A program made the translations under genes and the position numbers. The notes under the pieces were generated by a model that was not told the DNA's origin, made no database searches, and saw only the letters and a list, made by a program, of their open reading frames with translations. A DNA stretch of 64,000 bases from a candidate division WOR-3 bacterium (GTDB lineage: Bacteria > Hydrothermota > Tepidihabitantia > Tepidihabitantales > Tepidihabitantaceae): the NCBI GenBank assembly GCA_965649205.1, contig CBFGJV010000001.1:1-64000 (forward strand). Direction: 5' to 3'. Of this stretch, positions 56,980 through 64,000 are shown piece by piece (positions within the stretch are counted from its first letter, which is position 1; each line of letters starts with the position of its first letter).

Positions 56980-59949
56980 ATGTCAGCCGTCAGAGACCTG
57001 TTTTCCCTTCATCCTGTTTGGGAAGAGGTTGTTACCAGAATTCAACGGGAGGAGCCAGTTTTCCTCAGTCATGTCCCCGGTTCGGCTCGCATACTGGTAA
57101 TTTCTGAACTGGCAAAGAGGCTCAAGCGAAGGGCGTTACTGGTTCTACGCGACCCCGATGAAGTTGAGCTTCTGGTTGCAGACGGTCAAGTTCTTGTCGG
57201 GCATACTGACGTAAACCTGTGGCCTCATCCTGCCGGGCTGGAACAGAAGGCTGCTGTTCTGGTTTCCAGCGAAAAGAACTTGTCTCAGCCTGCGCTGGAA
57301 CCGCTCCCACCGGAAAAGGCAAGTTTACGCCTAGAAGAAGGGGGGAGATGGGAGCGCGAGGAAGTGGTACAATGGTTGGAGGAAGCAGGTTATGAGAGGG
57401 TGGATCTGGTAGCCGAACCAGGCGAGTACAGCGTCCGTGGTGGCATCGTGGATGTTTTTCCCGAAGAAGCAGAGGAGCCAATCCGTGCCGAATTTGGTGA
57501 CCAGGCCCTTCTGTCTTTGCGCAGGTTTGACCCGCTGACGCAGCGTTCGGTGGGAGTTTTGCATGCAGTTGTTATAACGACTAGGAGACAACCTGCGCTT
57601 TCCAGCAGGTTGGTGGTTGAGACGGTACCTCCAGAATGGTTGGTTGCGAGTGAAGTTGAAACCCCGGGCTTGAAGCCACTGGTGTTCCTAGCCGAATCGG
57701 AGGAAATACTGCCCAGCCTCGCTAATACCTCCACTGTTTCTTTGGTTGCCAAATTTGATGTCTGTTGTCTCCCGGCACCTAAGTATTCCGGGAATATCGG
57801 ATTGCTGATGGGCGATTTGGTAGGTGCGTATGAGAGGGTATTTGTTGCTTTGGGTTCTTTGGAGCGTCAGAAGAGATTGGCCCGTCTTTTGCCGCAGAAG
57901 GTGGAATACATTCTTGGTAATGTGAGTGCGGGATTCATCTGTCCGACCGGTTTTGTGCTTCTTACCGAGCGTGAGTTGTATGGATTCACTATACCAAAAC
58001 GGCGACGCAAACGCTTTCGCGGCGTACCAGTTGAGAACTTGACCATGTTACGCCCTGGGGACTTAGTGGTGCACGCTCATCATGGCATAGGTCGTTTTGA
58101 AGGCACGCGGCGGCTGGTTCATGCGGGGACAGAGAAGGATTACCTGACCGTCCGTTACGCAGGAAACGACAGGCTATATGTGCCGGTGGAAAATCTGGCC
58201 GCAATCGATCGCTACATAGGCGCAGAGGATACGCAAGTTCAGCTTGACCGCCTTGGGGGTCGGTCGTGGTTACTGGCAAAAGCCCGAGCAGCGCGCGCTA
58301 GTGCTCAGTATGCTGAAGAACTGCTGGAACTGGAAGCCCGTCGCAGCCTGACTCGTGGCTTTGCCTTCGGCCCAGATACAGAGTGGCAGTTGCAGCTGGA
58401 AGCAGCCTTTCCCTACGAAGAAACTGAAGACCAACTGCGAGTTGTTGAACAGGTGAAGCGTGACATGGAGAGCGGACGGCCTATGGAGCGATTGGTGTGC
58501 GGAGAAGTGGGATATGGCAAAACCGAGGTCGCACTGCGTGCCGCATGCAAAGCGGTCTGCGCCTGCAAGCAGGTCGCGCTGTTAGCTCCGACTACCATTC
58601 TTGCCTGCCAGCACTTTGAAACCTTCTGTCGGCGCCTTGAGTCTTTCCCGGTGCGCGTGGAGATGCTTTCCCGTTTCGTTCCGCTGTCCAAGCGCAGGCA
58701 GATAATTGCAGACATTGCTGATGGGAAGGTGGACATTGTCATTGGTACCCACAGTCTGCTGGGAGAGGAAGTACGGTTTCGGGATTTGGGACTGCTGATC
58801 ATAGACGAAGAACAGAAATTTGGTGTCCGACAGAAAGAAAAGTTGAAGAAGCTCTATGTGCACGTAGACATTCTCAGTCTGACGGCGACGCCGGTGCCGC
58901 GGACGCTTTATCTGGCACTTGCGGGACTGCGGGACATATCGAACATCAACACGCCTCCTCCCGGGAGGAGGGAGGTTTTGACGGAGGTGGCAGAGTGGAG
59001 CGATGATTTGGTTGTGCGCTACGTGGAGCGGGAGCTGGCCCGAGATGGACAGGTATTCTTCGTGCACAACCGTATTGCGAGCCTGCCTCTGGTGGCACGC
59101 AGGCTGGAAAAGCTGTTTCCGGGACTGGATATCGCGGTTGCCCATGGGCAGATGTCTGCGCGGCGGTTACAGGACCTGTATCTGAATTTTGCGGCTGGGA
59201 AATATAAGATGCTGCTGTCTACGGCTATTATTGAATCAGGACTGGATTTGCCCAATGTGAATACCATCATTGTGGACCGGGCAGACAGCTTTGGTCTTGC
59301 TGATTTGCACCAGTTGCGCGGTCGCGTGGGGCGTTCGGGCCGGCAGGCATACGCTCTTTTCCTGGTTCCCGCGACGATGCGGCAGTCAGGGATTACGCCT
59401 GAAGCCCGCAAACGGCTTTCTGCCTTGCTTGCCTATACTCGTCTCGGGTCGGGTTTCCGTCTGGCGATGCGCGACCTGGAGATACGGGGGGCGGGTGAAC
59501 TTCTCGGTACTCGTCAGCACGGACATATAGCCCGTGTGGGTCTCAATCTTTATGCCTCGATGCTCAGGGAGGCTGCGGCCCGCCTGAAGGGTGAGGCGCT
59601 TCCGGTTGAACCAGAGCTTGCTCTGGAAGTCACCGCTTTTTTCCCGGAGGAGTATGTGCCGGACAGTTTTGAACGCGTGGCTCTTTATCGTCGTCTGCTC
59701 ACGGTGCGAGATGAAACTGAGCTGAACGAATTCCGCGCAGAGCTAGTGGACCGGTTCGGTCGCTACCCTTCTGTAGTCGAAAATCTGTTTCTGGTTGCTC
59801 AAGTGCGTCTGATTGCGCGTCAGAAGCAGCTGCTGCGCGTAGAACTGAAATCGGGACGGGCGCGATTGGTCGGGCACCACGGAAGTAAGGAGTTTACGGC
59901 CGATTTAGAGGAACTGGTCGCGCGTCTGCAACAGATGGAACCAATGTAA
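56980..59949 (+). CDS. mfd: transcription-repair coupling factor Mfd (compact)
   Basis: GEYSVRGGIVDVF, RID VVHAHHGIGRF, GEVGYGKTEVA, IDEEQKFG, TATP, QLRGRVGR, RDLEIRGAG. Confidence 0.96.
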   Translation: MSAVRDLFSLHPVWEEVVTRIQREEPVFLSHVPGSARILVISELAKRLKRRALLVLRDPDEVELLVADGQVLVGHTDVNLWPHPAGLEQKAAVLVSSEKNLSQPALEPLPPEKASLRLEEGGRWEREEVVQWLEEAGYERVDLVAEPGEYSVRGGIVDVFPEEAEEPIRAEFGDQALLSLRRFDPLTQRSVGVLHAVVITTRRQPALSSRLVVETVPPEWLVASEVETPGLKPLVFLAESEEILPSLANTSTVSLVAKFDVCCLPAPKYSGNIGLLMGDLVGAYERVFVALGSLERQKRLARLLPQKVEYILGNVSAGFICPTGFVLLTERELYGFTIPKRRRKRFRGVPVENLTMLRPGDLVVHAHHGIGRFEGTRRLVHAGTEKDYLTVRYAGNDRLYVPVENLAAIDRYIGAEDTQVQLDRLGGRSWLLAKARAARASAQYAEELLELEARRSLTRGFAFGPDTEWQLQLEAAFPYEETEDQLRVVEQVKRDMESGRPMERLVCGEVGYGKTEVALRAACKAVCACKQVALLAPTTILACQHFETFCRRLESFPVRVEMLSRFVPLSKRRQIIADIADGKVDIVIGTHSLLGEEVRFRDLGLLIIDEEQKFGVRQKEKLKKLYVHVDILSLTATPVPRTLYLALAGLRDISNINTPPPGRREVLTEVAEWSDDLVVRYVERELARDGQVFFVHNRIASLPLVARRLEKLFPGLDIAVAHGQMSARRLQDLYLNFAAGKYKMLLSTAIIESGLDLPNVNTIIVDRADSFGLADLHQLRGRVGRSGRQAYALFLVPATMRQSGITPEARKRLSALLAYTRLGSGFRLAMRDLEIRGAGELLGTRQHGHIARVGLNLYASMLREAAARLKGEALPVEPELALEVTAFFPEEYVPDSFERVALYRRLLTVRDETELNEFRAELVDRFGRYPSVVENLFLVAQVRLIARQKQLLRVELKSGRARLVGHHGSKEFTADLEELVARLQQMEPM

Positions 59950-60069
59950 CCGCCGGCTTACCCAATTTTGCTACTCGACATAGGATACTTAAGGTTGTTT
60001 GCGGTTTAGCTTCGCTTTCTGTAAGGAAAATACTGATGACCAAGACTTTGGCGGTCTGGCAGTGTTGAG

Positions 60070-60495
60070 TTAGGTCTGTGTTTTTTCCGGAAGAGGACCG
60101 AGGGCTATTATGGTCTCTGTGAATTTTGTCACCGCGTCGGCAAAACGTTGACCCTCGGAGGCTGAAATCCATTCCAGATGAAGCCTTTGAGGTTCTATTC
60201 CCAGTCCCCTTAGAAGAGACTGTAGCAGCATTATTCTTTTCTGGGTCTTGTAGTTACCCGAAACGTAGTGGCAGTCACCCGGGTGGCACCCACCGATAAA
60301 AACCCCGTCCGCTCCGTCCCGGAATGCTTTGAGGATAAACTGAGGGTCTATGCGGCCAGTGCACATTACCCGTATAATGCGAATGTTAGCGGGGTATCTG
60401 AGCCTGGCTGTTCCGGCCAAGTCGGCACCTGCGTAACAGCACCAGTTGCAGGCGAATCCTACGATGCGAGGTTGAAAGCCAGGGGAAGAACTCAT
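60070..60495 (-). CDS. mvhD: MvhD-type [2Fe-2S] subunit (methyl-viologen-reducing hydrogenase delta family)
   Basis: [47 protein letters not shown] 60495 overlaps the hdrA stop. Confidence 0.93.
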   Translation of the reverse strand: MSSSPGFQPRIVGFACNWCCYAGADLAGTARLRYPANIRIIRVMCTGRIDPQFILKAFRDGADGVFIGGCHPGDCHYVSGNYKTQKRIMLLQSLLRGLGIEPQRLHLEWISASEGQRFADAVTKFTETIIALGPLPEKTQT

Positions 60496-62489
60496 GTTGT
60501 TTCGTTTGTACACACGAGCAGTGCGTCCAACTGGGCGTCTATTTGTGTGGTTGTGAAATTGCGCAGAGAGATGGCTCCCGAAGGGCATGCTGCCGGACAC
60601 ACACCGCAGCCTTTACACAGTACCTGATTTACTGTCATCACATCGCGCATGGGGTCGTAGACAAGTGCGCCATAAGGACACAGTGCTTCGCATATATGAC
60701 AGGCAGAGCAGGCATCGGGATTGACTTCTGCTACAAGCGATTCTACTACCACCTTGCCGCGATTAAGAAGGGCAATGGCCGAGGCAGCGGCCGCTTTGGC
60801 CTGGGCCACAGTGTCGGGAATGTCCTTAGGGCCTTGGCAGCATCCAGCCAGGTAAACCCCGTCCGTATTCGTGTCTACCGGTCTTAGCTTGGGATGCGCT
60901 TCCAGGTAGAAGCGATCGGAGGAAAGAGATAGTTTCAGCATCTGAGCCAGTTCTTTGTAGCCGGGACTTGGCTCTAATCCAATACCTAGCACTACCAGGT
61001 CTGTTTCGTGTTCAATGACCTGACCAAGAAGAGTGTCTTCTACCCGCACTACTAGTTTGTCCTTGCGTTTGAAGATTTCTGAGGGTTTACCGCGTCTGAA
61101 GAATACTCCTTCCGCACGCACGCGATCGTAGAACTCCTCAAATCCCTTTCCGTACGCGCGGATGTCCATATAGTAGCTGGTAACCTTCGCCTCCGGCAGC
61201 CTGTCTTTGACCATATGTGCCTGTTTGATGATGAACATGCAGCATACGCGCGAGCAGTATTCGTTGCCTACGGCTTTGTCTCGCGAACCTACGCAGTGGA
61301 TAAACACTACATCGCGGGGCGGTCGGCCGTCCGATAGCCTTATGAGTTTGCCACCAGTCGGCCCGCCCGCAGAAAGCAGTCGTTCAAATTCCAGAGCGGT
61401 AAGGACATCCTGGTATTTGCCGTATCCAAACTCGGGACTGCGCGTCGCGTCGTATACCTCCATGCCCGTTGCCAGCACCACGGCACCCACCTGTAGTTCT
61501 ATGTCTCTGTCTTCTTCATCATAATTGATGCATTTCTTCTGGCATGCCTGCAGACATTTCTCGCAGGCACGGGGAAGACGACCCAGACAGTCCTGCGGGT
61601 TTAGGACAAAAGCTGCCGGTACCGCTTGGGGGAAAGGCTGGTAGATTGCTCTTCGTGTAGTGAGACCCAGGTTAAATTCGTCTGGCAGCATCTGCGGACA
61701 GACAGGTACGCAGTCGCCGCAAGCAGTACATTCACTCAAGCTGACGTACCTTGCCTTCTGGTGCACCTTCACTTTGAAGTTGCCGACGAAACCACTAACT
61801 TCCTTCACTTCCGCTAGAGTAAGAAGCTCGATGTTCGGATGTCGAGAGACGTCCACCATTTTAGGAGTAAGAATACAGGCGGAGCAGTCGAGGGTAGGAA
61901 ATGTCTTGTCCAGCTGCGCCATGTGTCCGCCAATAGAGGCTTCTCGTTCTACCAGATATACCTTGTATCCGGCTTCCGCTATGTCCAGAGCTGCCTGAAT
62001 TCCTGCTATTCCGCCTCCCACGACTAGACACGCTTTGGTTACATCGGCGTAGTGTTCTTGAACCTCCTCTAGTAGTCTAGCGCGGGCTACTGCGCTTCTC
62101 ACTAAATCTTTGGCTTTTCGGGTAGCTTCTTCTCTATCCGGATGCACCCAAGAACATTGCTCACGAATATTTGCCATTTCAAAAAGGTAGCGGTTCATTC
62201 CTGCTCCGAAAACTGCGCCGCGGAAAGTGGGTTCGTGCATCCTTGGCGAGCAGGCCGCTACAACAACACGAGTCAGGCGTGCCTCTTTGATGTCGCGTTT
62301 AATTAGGTCCTGCCCTGGGTCGGAACACATGTACATATAGTCTTTTGCGAGAACTACATCGGGAAGCGTGGCTGCGTACTGGACTACCGCTTTCACGTCC
62401 ACGGTCTGGGCGATGTTTGTGCCGCAGTGGCAGACATATACCCCGACGCGTGGTCGCACACCTGTAGCAGATCCCGGGACGGAAGTCAT
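60492..62489 (-). CDS. hdrA: heterodisulfide reductase subunit A-like flavoprotein
   Basis: [45 protein letters not shown], ferredoxin CxxCxxCxxxC, HCVGSR..YCSRVCC, GPKDI. Confidence 0.95.
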   Translation of the reverse strand: MTSVPGSATGVRPRVGVYVCHCGTNIAQTVDVKAVVQYAATLPDVVLAKDYMYMCSDPGQDLIKRDIKEARLTRVVVAACSPRMHEPTFRGAVFGAGMNRYLFEMANIREQCSWVHPDREEATRKAKDLVRSAVARARLLEEVQEHYADVTKACLVVGGGIAGIQAALDIAEAGYKVYLVEREASIGGHMAQLDKTFPTLDCSACILTPKMVDVSRHPNIELLTLAEVKEVSGFVGNFKVKVHQKARYVSLSECTACGDCVPVCPQMLPDEFNLGLTTRRAIYQPFPQAVPAAFVLNPQDCLGRLPRACEKCLQACQKKCINYDEEDRDIELQVGAVVLATGMEVYDATRSPEFGYGKYQDVLTALEFERLLSAGGPTGGKLIRLSDGRPPRDVVFIHCVGSRDKAVGNEYCSRVCCMFIIKQAHMVKDRLPEAKVTSYYMDIRAYGKGFEEFYDRVRAEGVFFRRGKPSEIFKRKDKLVVRVEDTLLGQVIEHETDLVVLGIGLEPSPGYKELAQMLKLSLSSDRFYLEAHPKLRPVDTNTDGVYLAGCCQGPKDIPDTVAQAKAAAASAIALLNRGKVVVESLVAEVNPDACSACHICEALCPYGALVYDPMRDVMTVNQVLCKGCGVCPAACPSGAISLRNFTTTQIDAQLDALLVCTNETT

Positions 62490-62581
62490 AGTTTTAGCTT
62501 AGAGTCTTGGCGATGTTGTCGGCTAATACTGTCTCGGTGAAGCATCCTAATGCTCTGTTTCTTTTGGGTGAGCTAGCAGCA

Positions 62582-63553
62582 TTATCTTGCTTCCGCCAGT
62601 TTTGCTTTCAGTGCCGGCACAACCTTATGCATATCGTCGACTATGCCGTAGTGGGCGATTGAGAATATTGGTGCGTTCGGGTCTTTATTAACCGCAATTA
62701 TCGTTTCTGCTGCTCTCATGCCGGCGACGTGCTGGAACGTGCCGGAAATACCTAACGCCAGATAGAGCTTGGGTTTGACTGTTCTGCCGGAGGAACCTAC
62801 CTGGCATTCTTTGGGAAGCCAGCCGGCGTCAATAACCGGTCTGGAGCCAGCCAGAACTCCGCCCAAGGCATCAGCCAGTTCTTTCACCGCCGGCAGATTA
62901 GCCGGATCCTTCAGCCCGCGTCCAACGACAACAATGACGGAAGCTTTAGTTATGTCTATGCCCGTTACGGGGATTTCTTCCCAAGCTATGAATTTTGTGG
63001 CGAATTGCCTGGTCAAAGCATCTGCCGGATTCCAGTTCTCAAAGGTTGATACAAGGCTAGCAGATGTCGGCTTGAAATGCGACTGTCTAACCATTACTAT
63101 CGCCGGCTTGGTCTTAATAAGTCGCTCTGCGCATAGCTTACTCGCATACATTCCGCGGGTGACAACTAGGCCTGCGGGGGTCCAGCTAAAGCCGGCGGCA
63201 TCCGACACCAGACCAAGTCCCAACTCAGCAGCCAGGCTAGGAGCAAGGTCCGTACCGAAAGCGGAGTGACCAATCATAAGAATAGAAAACGGGCGTTCGG
63301 AGAGCAGTCTTGCCAGCACGCACTGGTAAACTTCGTAATTGTAGTCAGAGAGAAGGCGATGTTCGGCTACTATTATGACATCCGCATGACCTTTCAGTTG
63401 TTCCAGCAGAGAAGAGCACTCGTGCCCGAGCAGGATAGCTTGAACCTTACCTCCAGTCTGCTTGGCGAGGTCGCGCGCGGCCGCCAGCATCTCAAAACTG
63501 ATGTCCCGTACGGTCCCCAGTCTGTGTTCTACCAATACGGCTATGTCGCTCAT
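62582..63553 (-). CDS. etfA: electron transfer flavoprotein alpha subunit
   Basis: GRG, SRPVID, QVGSSGRTVKPKLYLALGISGTFQH, AVNKDPNAPIF. Confidence 0.95.
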   Translation of the reverse strand: MSDIAVLVEHRLGTVRDISFEMLAAARDLAKQTGGKVQAILLGHECSSLLEQLKGHADVIIVAEHRLLSDYNYEVYQCVLARLLSERPFSILMIGHSAFGTDLAPSLAAELGLGLVSDAAGFSWTPAGLVVTRGMYASKLCAERLIKTKPAIVMVRQSHFKPTSASLVSTFENWNPADALTRQFATKFIAWEEIPVTGIDITKASVIVVVGRGLKDPANLPAVKELADALGGVLAGSRPVIDAGWLPKECQVGSSGRTVKPKLYLALGISGTFQHVAGMRAAETIIAVNKDPNAPIFSIAHYGIVDDMHKVVPALKAKLAEAR

Positions 63554-64000
63554 ACCAGTCTCTTCTCCTTGAGAATCTCGACTACACGTTGTGCCTTGGC
63601 TGGTATTTCACCTACTATAATCTCTGCTGCAGAGGTCACTTCGGGTTTGAACAGTCGTAACAATTCTGTCTTCGGCTCTTCTTTCTCAAGTTCGAAGCCC
63701 AGCTCGTTGCTTCCTTTCTCAACTATTGGTTTAGTGCCTGCTCTTTTGATTCCGAGGATGGATGCATACCTCGGAGTATTTCCCCCTGTCTGGACCGACA
63801 GTACACAAGGCAAAGGTATTTCTTTTACCTCGAGATAGCCTCCCTCCAGTTCTCGTTTTACCGACATCTTTTCTCCCGCAAGTGTAAGTTTGATGCAGTA
63901 GGCCGCGTGGGGCAGACCGAGGAGTTGAGCAAGCGCGGGGCCTACCTGTGAATCCTCTACATCCTGAGCGACACACCCCGTCAGGATTAGGTCGAAACTC
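63550..64000 (-). CDS. etfB: electron transfer flavoprotein beta subunit (5' end outside window)
   Basis: Frame open to the window edge: DLILTG..QD..SQVGPALAQLLG, RELEGG, LPCVLSV, NTPRYAS. Confidence 0.9.
   Translation of the reverse strand, partial: SFDLILTGCVAQDVEDSQVGPALAQLLGLPHAAYCIKLTLAGEKMSVKRELEGGYLEVKEIPLPCVLSVQTGGNTPRYASILGIKRAGTKPIVEKGSNELGFELEKEEPKTELLRLFKPEVTSAAEIIVGEIPAKAQRVVEILKEKRLV

Noticed and set aside
60070..62489. Selenocysteine in MvhD or HdrA
   Set aside because: The usual Sec positions are Cys codons and there is no in-frame TGA.
1..64000. tRNA, rRNA, IS elements or prophage
   Set aside because: None recognised on either strand.

Overview
This is a gene-dense chromosomal window from an anaerobic, probably diderm, protein-degrading bacterium. 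The many FlgD-Ig/T9SS-CTD-tailed secreted proteins, PorV-like barrels and HdrA/MvhD suggest an FCB-affiliated candidate phylum such as WOR-3 (inference only). Left to right: (1) a degenerate class-III aminotransferase-tilS-ftsH-dapA-dapB run; (2) a secreted CTD protein, a cupin and two tandem 2-oxoacid:ferredoxin oxidoreductase alpha/beta pairs; (3) an M16 peptidase pair and an M14 carboxypeptidase; (4) an ExbB-ExbD-ExbD-TonB/TonB-dependent receptor/PorV-like operon; (5) a ~14 kb accessory block; (6) a second PorV-like/TPR/ExbB-ExbD-ExbD-TonB/OmpA-like operon; (7) a large S8 protease, mfd and an etfB-etfA-hdrA-mvhD cluster. The accessory block holds the highlight: a type V-B CRISPR-Cas locus on the minus strand, which the ORF track splits into fragments. 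It consists of a ~1390-aa Cas12b broken by one amber codon and one +1 frameshift, a cas4-cas1 fusion broken by a 1-bp deletion, cas2, a ~90-nt tracrRNA with its own promoter and two-part repeat pairing, and a 3-repeat/2-spacer array. The same block carries an XRE-HTH gene with a palindromic operator and a six-gene corrinoid methyl-transfer cluster that links a non-pyrrolysine MttB-family enzyme to a stand-alone homocysteine methyltransferase. Promoters across the window repeatedly show TTGAC-N16-TAnnnT, several apparently leaderless.
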